Assembly (NCBI GenBank): GCA_032718475.1
Contig: JAUCBJ010007028.1
Span: 167,186 to 231,185, forward strand
DNA length: 64,000 bases
From: Nemertoderma westbladi
Taxonomy: Eukaryota; Animalia; Xenacoelomorpha
Direction of reading: 5' to 3'
In this document: positions 1-12,243 of the stretch, one piece after another
How positions within the stretch are numbered: position 1 is the stretch's first letter
How the letters are laid out: every line of letters starts with the position of its first letter
The notes under the pieces: generated by a model
Database searches by the model: none
What the model saw: only the letters and a program-made list of their open reading frames with translations
What the model was told of the DNA's origin: nothing
Made by a program: the position numbers and the translations under genes

Positions 1-263
1 TTTCGTTTGTGTAAAACATTATTTATCACAACTCTACAATGTCAAAGACAACTCTCCTACTCTTAGCTATGGCAGCTTATTTAGCTGTGGAGTGCAATGG
101 AAACAACAACGAGGACTCCAACAAATTAGTTGAAAGAGACACTGTAAGTTTGTTCTCAAAGCAGATTTGTCATATGTTTAGCTGTATAACAATAATGTTT
201 GTAAAATCCCAGTAGGTCTAACTACACTTAGAACTAACTACAGTATTATTGTTAAAGTACTGT

Positions 264-1122
264 CCTCTGAACCATCTCTGTGTACCAACTCCTCTGTGAG
301 CTTCCATACCCTCTTTGTTTACCAACTCCGCTCTGAGCTTCCATACCCTGTCTGTGTACCAACTCCTCTCTGAGCTTCCATACCTCCCTTTGTACGAATT
401 CCTATCTGGCCTCCGTACCATCTCTGTGTACCAACTCCTCTCTGAGCTTCCATCTCTGTGTACCAACTCCTCTCTGAGCTTCCATTACCCTCTCTGAGTA
501 GGCCTACGAATTCCTATCTGGCCTCCGTACCAGCTCTGTGTACCAACTCCTCTCTGAGCTTCCATACCCTGTCTGTGTACCAACTCCTCTCTGAGCTTCC
601 ATACCCTCTCTGAGTAGGCCTACGAATTCCTATCTGGCCTCCGTACCATCTCTGTGTACCAACTCCTCTCTGAGCTTCCATACCCTCTCTGTGTACCAAC
701 TCCTCTCTGAGCTTCCATACCCTCTCTGTGGACGAATTCCTATCTGTCCTCCGTACCATCTCTGTGTACCAACTACTCTCTAAGCTTCCATACCCTCTTT
801 GTGTACCAACTCCTCTTTGAGCATCCATACCCTCTCCTCTCTGTGTACGATTTCCTATCTGGCCTCCTTACCATCTTTGTGTACAAACTCCTCTCTGAGC
901 TTCCATACCCTCTTTGTTTACCAACGCATCTCTGAGCTTCCATATTCTCTCTGAATACGAATTCCTATCTGGCCTCCGTACCATCTCTGTGTACCAACTC
1001 CTCTCTGAGCCTTCATACCCTCTCTGTTAACCAACTCCTCTCTGAGCTTCCATACCCTCTCTGTGTACCAACTCCTCTCTAAGCTTCCATACCCTCTCTG
1101 TGTACCAACTCCTCTCTGAGCT
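264..1122. repeat. 36-bp minisatellite (CTCTGTGTACCAACTCCTCTCTGAGCTTCCATACCC) with interspersed variant block GAATTCCTATCTGGCCTCCGTACCAT
   Basis: Unit visibly repeated; explains the repetitive ORFs in all frames. Confidence 0.95.
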
Positions 1123-1680
1123 TTTTGGTGAAAAAACAGCACGTCGTAATCCACCATGGCCAAATTTATAAACTGAATTTGAAGGCAATTCTTCAGGAGA
1201 GATATGAAAATCATTATTCGAATGATTTTTGAATTTATTGTACCACGCCGTTCCACATACAGATCTTGTAGCCGCTGAATCAATAATTGCCGACCTTTCA
1301 GAAATTATTTTGTCATTTGTGAAGGTAACATATGCATTTTCAATATGAAAAATATCCTCTGTATTTTCATTAATATCATGCATTCCTGGACTATAAATAC
1401 TGCTCAAATTGATATACTCACTTCTCTCTCCCTTGGCATTGCAATTATTAATAAATGGTAAATACTGCCACATCCCAAACAATTCATGGGTGTATTCATT
1501 CGTCTGTAAATTGGGTTAGGTTCCCTGGAAAAATTTGACGGTCCAGCATATTTGTTGAAACCGGGCCTACCAAACACATTAGAACTTTGACGGAGAGGAT
1601 TCCTTTGAAAACGTTTCACACCCCGTTGGGTAGCTATAAAAGCACATTCTAAAGCCTGCATATTATCTTTATCTGACAAA
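1123..1680 (-). pseudogene. LTR-retrotransposon gag/protease remnant, Copia (GalEa-like)
   Basis: CLGCGSIYHL..NC zinc knuckle split by a frameshift, then an aspartic-protease-like motif AIIDSAATRSVCGTAW and YKFGHG; cut off by the minisatellite. Confidence 0.65.
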
Positions 1681-1994
1681 TCCTGTGTTCGCGGTATTTC
1701 AACTTTTCATAAAGCGAGTTGAATATTTTTCGGATTTATTTATAATGAATATTCCAATATCAGTACTGGGTGCGGAAACATGGAATTTGGGTATTTTCAA
1801 TGGACTGGGGTGATTCACAGGCGAATATTGGGGCGACTTACGGGGTACGGGACTCATATCAGAGATTTAAGGGCCAAGGGTGGGAGGCAAAATCAAGCAG
1901 TACTCAGGTTTACCTGAATACTATTAGGCCTAGCCAACTTCCTGCTGCCTGTAGAGGTGGATTTGGTAACTTGCTAGGCCTAGGGACAAGGTCT

Positions 1995-2720
1995 GCCCTT
2001 AGTGGTCCCTGGCCAACAACAGTTATTACGAGCCTGAATAAGGACTCGGAAAGTCTGCTGATTGTGTTGGGGATTTGCAACAGGAACCGACAGACAGATC
2101 CTTAGCGGTCCCTGGTCACCGGCAGTTATTACGAGCCTGAATAAGGACTTGGAAAGCTTGCCGACTGCACCGGGGACTTGCGACGGATCGACCGACTAAA
2201 CAGAGGAAGGGTTCTACGAGGACTGCCTTCCTGGAGTGGGTTCCACGACCGGCGTTAGTACGAGCCTGAATAAGGACTTGGAAAACTACCAACAGTTGGG
2301 ACTCACGACGGGCTGACAGACCCCTTGCCAAGCCGTACCGCTTTCCTGATGACCAATCCCTTCGGGGTTTGGGAAGGGTGTGACGGACACGCAACGGGGT
2401 AGAAAGACAAAGGACCGGACTTTACTGGCCTACCGACTGTTCGGAGCAGCTTCTCGGCTACCGAAGCGACTACGAGCCTGAAAAGGATTCGGAAAGCTTA
2501 GGTGGTTGGGTCCCTGTGATGAACCGACAGACCCCTAGCCAAGCCGTACCGCTTTCCTGATGACCGATCCCTTCGGGGTTCGGGAAGGGTGGGACGGAAA
2601 CCAACCGGGTCTACCGACTTGACCGACCCTTAGCCAAGCCGTACCGCTTTCCTGATGACCGATCCCTTCGGGGTTCGGGAAGGGTGGGACGGACACGCAA
2701 CAGGGTCGACCGACAGCGAC
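1995..2720 (+). other. Array of about 7-8 GC-rich long hairpins of two types with GAC(A/C)GAC linkers; putative structured RNA
   Basis: Four copies of ACGAGCCTGAA(T)AAGGAYTYGGAAA and three of CCGTACCGCTTTCCTGATGACCRATCCCTTCGGGGTTYGGGAAGGG; complementary arms, with cUUCGg and GAAA/GAAUA loops. Confidence 0.6.
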
Positions 2721-2879
2721 ACTACGGTACCGAGACTAGGATCAAGGGAAAATGGGGAACATTAGTTAGTTTAAAATCTAAAGCGAACAGTGGGTAATTA
2801 AATAATGTACTGTAGGAATTTATATTGTCGTATATTATTGTGAATATTTGGTGTATATTGATGTGGGGAAGCCCAACTT

Positions 2880-5515
2880 ATTCTCAATCAAGATTCAACT
2901 ACAGTAAAGGTTTCTGATCTACAAGCGTATAGACGTGTGTGCTTTGAGTTTGACAAGGCAATCCGTTCCTTTCACATGCAACAAGAATTGAAAATTCTAT
3001 CTAGTAAAAATAAAAAAGCATTATTTAAATACGCTAAGAGCCGTACAACAAATCGTAGCTCTATAGCCCCCTTAAAGAAAAAGGATGGTTCCCTAGCAAC
3101 CACTGACAAAGAAAAATGTGATTGTCTGATAACTCAACACTCATCTGTCGGTAATGTAGATAATGGTGAATTTCCTGTATTTAACCAGCAAACTGACGAA
3201 ACTTTTGACATTCATTGCATTTCTGAATCTAAAGTTATTGATATCCTTGCTAAATTACAGTATAACTTTGGAGATACGCCAGACGACATTCCTGTTGCTA
3301 CCTTAAAAATATTTAGATTTGAATTATGTTATCCATTGTGCATATTATTTAATGAATTACTCTTAACTGCTGCATTACCGAAGTGTTGGAAACAGGCCGA
3401 TATTACATCTGTCTACAAAAAAGGCGATGCGTCCATTGGTGCTAATTATCGCCCTATTTCCATCACTTCTTCAGTCTGTCGTGTTCTAGTACAAATCATA
3501 GTTCATGAAATGTCGGGTTTTTTAAAAAGGAACAATTTAATAACAGATGAACAATACGGATTTATTAAGGGCCGTAGCACTACCACTCAACTTTTAGACT
3601 GCACCTATAATTGGGCAACTGCCCTTAATGCAAAATGTTTTACTGATGTACAGTAGTATACACAGACTATGCCAAGGCATTTGACTCTGTTGTGCCTAGT
3701 AAATTGTTAATTAAACTTAAATGTTATGGAATTACAGGTAATTTGAATCGCTGGTTTGCCAGCTATTTAACTGATCGTGTTCAGCGAGTGAAAATAGGTG
3801 AAAGCTTTTCTAATTTTCACAAAGTTATATCGGGTATAGCACAGGGTTCGTGTGTCGGTCCCCTATTATTTATTATTTTCATTAATGATATGCCTACGCA
3901 CCTTTTAGGTATTAATTCTAGGCTCTTTGCTGACGATACCAAGATATTTTGTGCTTTTCGTAATATTGATAACCGTTTATTACTGCAGAAAAATTCCAGT
4001 TGGTCTAGTGATTGGCAGTTGAATTTAGAAGAAACAAAATGTAAAAGCCTCACCCTTGGTAATGTAGCTATGCCTTCATCATATAGAATTAATGATACGC
4101 AACTTGCAAATGTTAATTCGTATCGCGATCTTGGAGTGATTGTGGATAAGGATCTTAAATTTACAGAACATGTAATGACTATTACATCCTCTGCTTATCG
4201 GTCTATAAATAAAATATTTTGATGCTTTTTAACTTCTAACGTTCAGGCATTATTATGTGCATATACAGCGTTTGTTAGACCCATTCTAGAGTACGCTAGC
4301 TGTGTCTGGAACCCATTTTATTCTGGCGCGCCATTTCTCGGCCTTACTGACAAAATTGAAGCGACTCAACGTTATTTCACTCGTAGACAATTCTATGGGT
4401 GTAAGTTGGATTGTGACATGTGTTATGTAGATAGGCTTTCATTTTTAAATTTGCAACCGCTGGAAATACGTAGGATCCATATTGATTTGGTGTACACTTA
4501 TAAAATAATGCATAATCTTTTAGACCTTGATCCTGAAAAATACTTCCAGCGATCACTTTCAATTACTCGTGGCCACTCATATAAACTTCGAGGCACCGAG
4601 AATTAATCGGAAACTTAAGGTCCGATTATTTAGAGCAGCAGTAGTTCCAGTACTCCTCTACGGGAGTCCATGCTGGGCTCTAACTGCTGAGGACACCAAA
4701 TCTCTGGATGGCACATTCACAAGAATGCTACGCCGGGTTCATTGTGTCAAGTACAATGCACACATCTCCAACCAGACACTATATAACATTGGAGGTGTCT
4801 CATTGGTTCCCCCAAGCTTGTCACTAGAACAAAATCGGCTCCGCTTCGCAGGACATTGCTTTCGCCGTGAGGACCAGCCAGTGCATAATCTTGTACTTTG
4901 GCAGCCTCATAGAGTGAATAAGCATGGTGGACAGCCCATGACTTTCTTGAGACGCATCTTAAAATACACTGGCCTTAAAGATGCGGATGATCTAGCAAAT
5001 GTCATGGGTGATAGGGAGTTGTGGCGGTGCAATTTTGTTGACAAGCCGGCACAGCATTCTTAAAAATGCAGCTGCAATGCAGCATGCCGATCCCAGTAGT
5101 AGTAGTCGAGGCATTAAATGTGCTACTAACCCAATATCGAATATGTTCTTTATTCGAGTTGTAAATATCTGGAATGACCTCACCGATGATATTGTTACCA
5201 GTATTTCTGTGGAGCAATTTAAACTAAAACTTATTGAATGCGATCTCACTAAATACTGCAATTTTGATAGGAATTTGTAACTTGTTTCGTTGTAAATTTT
5301 TATTTCATTTAAATACTTTGTGCAATGCGTTGCATATTTTATATTAATTGATATTTACTTAAGCTAGAGAATCAGTCGCCTCGTTTACCGTGTTAACCTT
5401 TTTACTTTTGTCCTGGTCGGTACATTGTGCCTTTTATTGTGATTTTTAATGTTGTGTGTGCTCTACTCTAACTGGAGTTATATCCGAATAATATATCTTA
5501 TCTTATCTTATCTTA
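2880..5515 (+). mobile_element. 5'-truncated, decayed CR1-group LINE (RT and C-terminus)
   Basis: NYRPISITS, QYGF, DYAKAFD, GIAQGS, LFADD, TRGHSYKL, RVVNIWNDL motifs with stops; (TCTTA)n tail at about 5496-5515. Confidence 0.9.
4596..5105 (+). mobile_element. 5'-truncated RTE-clade LINE inserted in the CR1
   Basis: VLLYG..W and RLRFAGHC.R motifs; (TAG)n tail; 8-bp TSD TCGAGGCA at 4588-4595 and 5106-5113; highly similar to 10348-10860 reversed. Confidence 0.92.
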
Positions 5516-5519
5516 ATCC

Positions 5520-7832
5520 TATTTCTGAAACTCTGATGACTAAATACTTAGGGCTGTAGATTGATTCTGACATGTCTTGGAAAACACACACTAACTATAT
5601 AGTATATACACAAAAAAATATCAAAATCTATTGGAATATTTTACAAGTTACGTTATGTCCTTACGCGGCAAATATTGCGTATGCTTTACTTTACATTAAT
5701 CCATCCTTACATCTTTTTTATGCTCTTATAGTTTGGGGTAACACATCATTCTTTCATTCACCCACTCAAGGTGTGTGTTAATAAAGTACTAAGAGATATA
5801 TTTTCCGTCTCCCGATCCTCAGCTACTCAAATTTATAAAGAACTATGGATTCTACCAATTGAAAAGTTATACATACAGCAAGTAGCTACGGTAATGTTTG
5901 ATATATCCAACAATCCCGGCAATTCAAGTCTCTCTAATTTATTTTCAAAGGTCTCTGACATTCACCCATATAATACGAGAGCGACATGACAATATCGAAA
6001 AATTACTATCTCCCTAATGTCCGTCTCATTGTCGCTCATCGCTCTTTACTATCTCCCTAATGTCCATCTCGTTGTCGCTCATCGCTCTTTACTATCTCCC
6101 TAATGTCCATCTCGTTGTCGCTCATCGCTCTTTACTATCTCCCTAATGTCCGTCTCATTGTCGCTCATCGCTCTTTACTATCTCCCTAATGTCCGTCTTG
6201 TTGTCGCTCATCGCTCTTTAATATCTCCCTAATGTCCGTCTTGTTGTTGCTCATCGCTCTTTACTATCTCCCTAATGTCCGTATCGTTGTTGCTCATCGC
6301 TCTTTACTACCTCCCTGATGTCCGTCTCGTTGTTGCTCATCGCTCTTTACTATCTCCCTAATGTCCGTTTCGTTGTTGCTCATCGCTCTTTACTATCTCC
6401 CTAATGTCCGTCTCATTGTCGCTCATCGCTCTTTACTATTTCCCGAATGTCTGTCTCGTTGTTGCTCATCGCTCTTTACTATCTCCCTAATGTCAGTCTC
6501 GTTGTCGCTCATCGCTCTTTACTACCTCCCTAATGTCCGTCTCGTTGTCGCTCATCGCTCTTTACTATCTCCCTAATGTCTGTCTCGTTGTCGCTCATCG
6601 CTCTTTACTATTTCCCGAATGTCTGTCTCGTTGTCGCTCATCGCTCTTTACTATCTCACTAATGTCCGTCTCGTTGTCGCTCATCGCTCTTTACTATCTC
6701 CCTAATGTCCGTCTCGTTGTCGCTTATCGCTCTTTACTATCTCCCTAATGTCTGTCTCGTTGTCGCTCATCGCTCTTTACTATCTCCCTAATGTCCGTCT
6801 CGTTGTGGCTCATCGCTCTCTTTACTATTTCCCGAATGTCTGTCTCGTTGTCGCACATCTCTCTTTACTATCTCCCTAATGTCCGTCTTGTTGTCGCTCA
6901 TCGCTCTTTACTACCTCCCTAATGTCTGTCTCGTTGTCGCTCATCGCTCTTTACTATCTCCCTAATGTCCGTCTCATTGTCGCTCATCGCTCTTTACTAT
7001 CTTCCTAATGTCTCTCTCATTGTTGCTCATCGCTCTTTACTATCTCCCTAATGTCCGTCTCGTTGTCGCTCATCGCTCTTTACTATCTCCCTAATGTCTG
7101 TCTCGTTGTCGCTCATCGCTCTTTACTATCTCCCTAATGTTGGTCTCATTGTCGCTCATCGCTCTTTCAAATTTCAGGGTGTCAAAATCTGGAATGACCT
7201 TCCCGAAAATATTCGGGCTTCCAAATTGAAATATATAATATTTACAAAACTTTTAAAAAAATACCTTCTTGATATGACTAATTCTTAAATACAATATTTA
7301 TTTCTGATTATTTAGTGTTCCAGTTCAGTATTTTTCATTCGTATATATCAGTCAGTATATGTCAATTCAGTTCAATTTATACGCCTAATAAGTATTTACG
7401 GTACATATATATACAGTATATACACAGAATACATATATTTTGAATACAATTTGGTATCCTAAATTCACGGTGGTTTTCGTCTTCGTTTTTATTATTTTTT
7501 CTCTATTTGCCTTCTATGCAATTTCTGTTTCGTGTTGATTGAGTTTGCCTCCTTTGTACAGTAAGTTGTCTTATAGATTTAACTTTATTTAACTTTATAT
7601 TTTCACTAATTTTATATGTTAAATTACTTATGGACGCGTCGCAGTCCAGCACACTATTTCGAGTATTTGCGTGATACCCACGAACTAGTGGCACAAGCTA
7701 CTATGTGGAGCTCACACGAATTCGGATTCACACCATAAATATTGTAAATCTATCTATCTTGTGCTTGTTATTATGTTGGTGTTGGGTCTATCGCTCCTTA
7801 TTATGTTGGAATAAAATAAAATCAATCAATTA
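5520..7832 (+). mobile_element. Decayed 3' fragment of an L2/Crack-like LINE
   Basis: KYLG..IDS.MSW..H, HPYNTR and SFKFQGVKIWNDLP motifs; AT-rich 3' UTR ending AATAAAATAAAATCAATCAAT. Confidence 0.75.
6003..7166. repeat. 43-bp minisatellite, about 27 copies (TACTATCTCCCTAATGTCCGTCTCGTTGTCGCTCATCGCTCTT)
   Basis: Period counted directly (6004 to 6047). Confidence 0.97.
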
Positions 7833-9745
7833 AACAAAACAATCTACACTTTTGGGTTGCCCAGACCACCGCTATAAACATCTCCAACTCGACTATGGCG
7901 TAGCGGGATTCTGTTTCGTTCACAAACCAACTACAGCATTCAACGAGACGCAAATCTTCGCCATGGAGTTGGAGTGTACCCAAGGCCATGATTCCGGGAA
8001 GCATCTATTTGGAGCTGAATTTTCTTAGTGGGGTCGAATGATGCTAGAATAGGCCACGAAATCAGTCCGGCCTTAGTCGCAATGAATGCGCGTTCGTGGT
8101 CTGGAGTCCATATAAATGGAGACCTCGCGCTTAATAGGGGACGCAGTGGAGTTAAATGTGATACCAAGTCATGTGAGAAAGGGTCCAATTGTGTTACCGC
8201 AAGTAAGAAAGACCCAACCTTGGGACGTCACTCGATATGAAGATATGCGGTAGCGGTAATTTGAAGACCAACAATTTATTATCTACATTTTGATCACACA
8301 AACAAAGGCGTTATGGAGGGAAACATCAAGAAAACAACCGTTTCATTCACATAGGAATGCAGGAGACACCTGCTACTCACAAGCCAAGTCAAACAATAAA
8401 GGAACTTACCACTTCCACAGTCAGACAGCATACAATTAATTATGGATCTGTTTGTTACCTGTAATTTGTAGTAGTTCGACCTGTCCTTTACTCAAATAGA
8501 TGAATAATTACCGGTCTGCCGGTAAGTGTATGCTGATACTGTAAGATTAGTGACTCTATGAGCTGACCGAAAATATTGCTACAGCCAGAAATCATAAATC
8601 GGGGCAGAAATTACACCCATGAGCTGCGCTAAGTTTAGTAGGGCCTAATTAGCGGACCTAGCTAAACTTTCGGGAACACAGAACAGATAAGGCTGTAAGG
8701 TGTCTGACTGAATGTCGAAAAGAAAGTAAGCGTCAGCTTCCAGTCAGTAGGTATAATAATATATCAGAATAATTATGCAATTCCTTAGTTCAGTAGGTTG
8801 AATTTACACAAATTTACAGATTGATGTACATCCTCATAAAAAACATAGATTTGAAGGCCCTTCTGGTCTTCTTACCGCATATCCATAACACAGCACAATA
8901 ATTAGACAGGCAGACAGGATCCGTTACAGTATGTAGTACTGTAGTACCGTGGTTTTATGCTTATGCCCTGGCCTATCCAGCCCTTCCTTTCACCAAGTCC
9001 TCTCTAGCTCTCAAAATCCCATTCACTCTTTAAAAGAGCCAATGAGCGGCAAGAAATCACAAGCCATAAAGAAAAATAATTGCACAGCGGTAAATTTAAA
9101 TATAAATTGCATTAAGCACTGCTGTGAACAAAAAATATAAATGTTGACAATATACTGTAAGTATAACAATCGATTTGCTTCAACAAATTGTTCGACTAAC
9201 CCAACAAAACTTCTCAAGTCTGTTATGTTAGTTGGACATGGAAAACTTGAGATCACTCGAAGTTTCATTGGATCTGGTTTTATTCCCGATTCTCCCACTA
9301 GAAATCCGGCATATTTAACTTCCGACTTAGCAAATTGTATCTTCTCTGGGTGAACAATTTTTCCTCACGACAGCGTTGCAGTACAACCCTAATCTGGGAG
9401 ATATGTTCTTCAAGATTGGCTCCGTAGATCAGTAGGTCATCAACCAACTTGACCACTTTGGGAATACCCTGCAAAGCTGCAATGCGTTGTCTCCACTACG
9501 ATTATATTCATCGCCACTCGAGATGAGGCCCATTTCACTACGTCGATGTACGTAGCGTCCCATGGTGTGGTAAATGTTGTGAGAAGTTGGCTTTCTGAGT
9601 CCAGGGGAATCTGCCAATTTCCGTGTGCTGCATCGAATACTGTGAAACATTTCGAGGAAGCCGGAATATTAGCAATTACACTGCGTGGAGAAGGTGTGGG
9701 AGACTGTGGACGTTTAACCTGGTTATTAACCTGGTTATTAAGGTA
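7833..9745 (-). pseudogene. Ty3/Gypsy pol remnant (RT-RNase H), split by a solo LTR
   Basis: WQIPLD..SQ.LTTF.TPW, MGLISSGDEYN, LRSFVGLVEQ|LDPFS, IDAS and ESRYAIVELE motifs with many frameshifts. Confidence 0.88.
8192..9185. mobile_element. Solo LTR (994 bp)
   Basis: TGTT...AACA termini; 5-bp TSD AATTG at 8187-8191 and 9186-9190; removing it rejoins Gypsy EQ-LDPFS. Confidence 0.88.
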
Positions 9746-9806
9746 TTCTCCATGTTCTGAGATGCTTTGTTAGTGGAATTATCTGGATAGATTTTGTTTG
9801 GAAAAT

Positions 9807-9906
9807 TATGCCTCACTGATGCCCAGACTATGCATCACAGAGGCCCAGACTATGCCTCACTGAAGCCCAGACTATGCCTCACTGAGGCCCAGGCTATGCC
9901 TCACTG
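9807..9906. repeat. 22-bp tandem repeat, about 4.5 copies
   Basis: CTATGCCTCACTGAGGCCCAGA repeated. Confidence 0.9.
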
Positions 9907-10038
9907 TCAGTGTCGGCACCTACCTACCGGTACTACTGTAGTTTACAGTTATCACTTTTACAAATATCTTAATAATTCTTCAATCTAATTTTTGTAATTA
10001 TTATCCTGCATTCTTTGCTTCTTTTTATGGTTTGTTTA

Positions 10039-10075
10039 TCCCTGATGATGGCTACTGTGTAGTTGAAACGTTGGA
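10039..10075 (+). ncRNA. Minimal type I hammerhead ribozyme (Penelope-like element type)
   Basis: UCC-CUGAUGA-U-GGCUAC-UGU-GUAGUU-GAAA-CG-UU-GGA: core intact, stem I UCC/GGA, stem II GGCUAC/GUAGUU, palindromic loop-less stem III AACGUU. Confidence 0.75.
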
Positions 10076-10347
10076 AATTATATAATACTGTAATCTAATA
10101 TATTAATATAGCGGAATAATTGAAATATGTAATTATTTTCAGTATGTTTACTACTCACCTTTCTGAGCCGTCTTCACCTTCGCTCAAAAAATAATGGGGG
10201 TGTGCAGTAATATAAAAATAAAGGTTTTCAGGATTTAAACACTGTACCCAGGGAAACACAGCTCCATCGTCAGCTGTGTACTTTTGAATCCCTATCCCTA
10301 TTTACTGTAAATACAGCATTGCACGAATTGACCAATATTACAGGAAA

Positions 10348-12243
10348 CTACTACTACTAGGATCGGCAGGCTGCATTGCAGCTGCATTTTTAAGAATGCT
10401 GTGCCGGCTTATCGAGAAAATTGCACCGCCACAACTCCCTATCACCAATGACATTTGCTAGATCATCCGCATCTTCAAGGCCAGTGTCCTTTAAGATGCG
10501 TCTCAAGAAAGTCATGGGCTGTCCACCATGCTTATTCACTCCATGAGGCTGCCAAAGTACAAGATTATGCACTGGCTGGTCTTCACGGCGAAAGCAATGT
10601 CCTACAAAGCGGAGGCGATTTTGTTCTAGTGTCAAGCTTGGGGGAACCAATGAGACACCTCCAATGTTATATAGTGTCTGGTTGGAGATGTGTGCATTGT
10701 ACTTGACACAATGAACCCGGCGTAGCATTCTTGTAAATGTGCCATCCAGAGATTTGGTGTCCTCAGCAGTTAGAGCCCAGTATGTACTCCCATAGAGGAG
10801 TACTGGAACTACTGCTGCTCTAAATATCCGGACCTTAAGTTTTCGATTAATTCTCGGTGACTTCCAAATCCTGGAAAGCCTTTCCCTTACGTATTCGACT
10901 ACTTACTGACTTCCGGATCCATGATCCCAGGTAACAGAAATCATCCACATGCTCAAGCATACCATCGTTTGAGCTCATGCTCATCCAATCAGAGACTTGA
11001 TGAGGACTTTCAAAGTTAACTGTCTAAATTTTGGTCTTTCTGGAGTTAATAAAAAGACCAACACTAGAAGCAGCATGTTCTAATGAGCTGAAGTGATTCT
11101 GAGAGTACTCCTAAGTCATCAGCAAAGTCTAGATCAGTTAGGTACTTGGCAGGATTTCCTCGACTTCTGGGGCCAGTAGGTGGAGTTATCATCACCCCAT
11201 CATCATTATGATGACCTAAGGACATGCGTAGAACATAGTCAACAACAATTATGAACGAGAATGGTGCAAGTGTGTCTCCCTAGAGGACGCCCCATAACAC
11301 TTCAACAAATTTTTCTGTGTCACCGTCAACAGTAGACACAAATGTTGTCGAACCATCGTATACTGATCTGATTGCTGCAATAATTTCATCAGGAATCCCA
11401 TTTAATGAAAGTATGCTGAACATACGCGAGCGAGAGACTGAATCAAAGGCCTTGAAGAAGTCAACAAAGATAAAAGCCAGATGCCTGTCTTTCTTTTTTG
11501 ATAACTCTTCAATTATCCTTCTAAGTGCCAGAGAGTTCCGTTATCCTTCTAGAGTGTTAGGTTGCCCTTCTTGGGAACTGGCACCAACTTATTTGTTTTC
11601 ATTTCTTGTGGGACTCTTGTTGTACGGTACATGTCTACTATGATGGGATAGATGAGCTTTAAACACTCAGGTATTATAAAGAACTTAGGGGGAAAACCAT
11701 CTACTCCACTGGCACGATTGCAGCAGCCTTTACTTCTGCAAAGGAGATATCACCAATGGGAATGTCTGGGAGTATAGACGCAGACACTTTTACTTCTATA
11801 AAGTTATCAGGCAATACCCTGTCATTATTGAGGAGCTTTTCAAAGTGGGCCTTCCAACCATTGAGGCGATCGGCTGGTGATTCAGCCTTAACCTTGGTGG
11901 TTGGTTGGCTTTTTCGACCAGCAAGCAAGTTGATAGATCTCCATGCCTGGGATGATTGCCTGTTGTCGTCAGCATCATTGATGGCATCAACCTGTTGGTT
12001 TATTAGTTCCTGTAAATTAACAGAGTACTGCCTGTTCAGGGACCTAGATGCAGCCTTAACTGCATTCTTGGCCGCTGTAGTCTGTTTGAGTCGGGACTAT
12101 TTCTGCGCCTTGTAGAGGTCATTTAGGCACTTCTGAATTTTGTTGTCAATCCAGGGGGCCCGTTTCCTGTTTCGAGGGTATACAGGAACTGTTTCTGCAG
12201 CTGCTAACTTAACTGCCTCTGTGAAGGCAGTATAGCCCTCACA
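10348..12243 (-). mobile_element. Decayed RTE-clade LINE (RT region and 3' end)
   Basis: FVDFFKAFDS, G.TLAPF, LDFADDL and LLYG..W remnants; (TAG)n tail at 10348-10360; same family as 4596-5105. Confidence 0.9.

Noticed and set aside
2346-2690. CTGATGA-stem-GAA motifs as hammerhead ribozymes or SECIS elements
   Set aside because: GAAG instead of GAAA, no stem III or UH site, and no apical AA for SECIS; kept only as structured hairpins.
264-7166. 36-bp and 43-bp arrays as CRISPR
   Set aside because: Units are contiguous with no unique spacers, there are no cas genes, and the context is eukaryotic.
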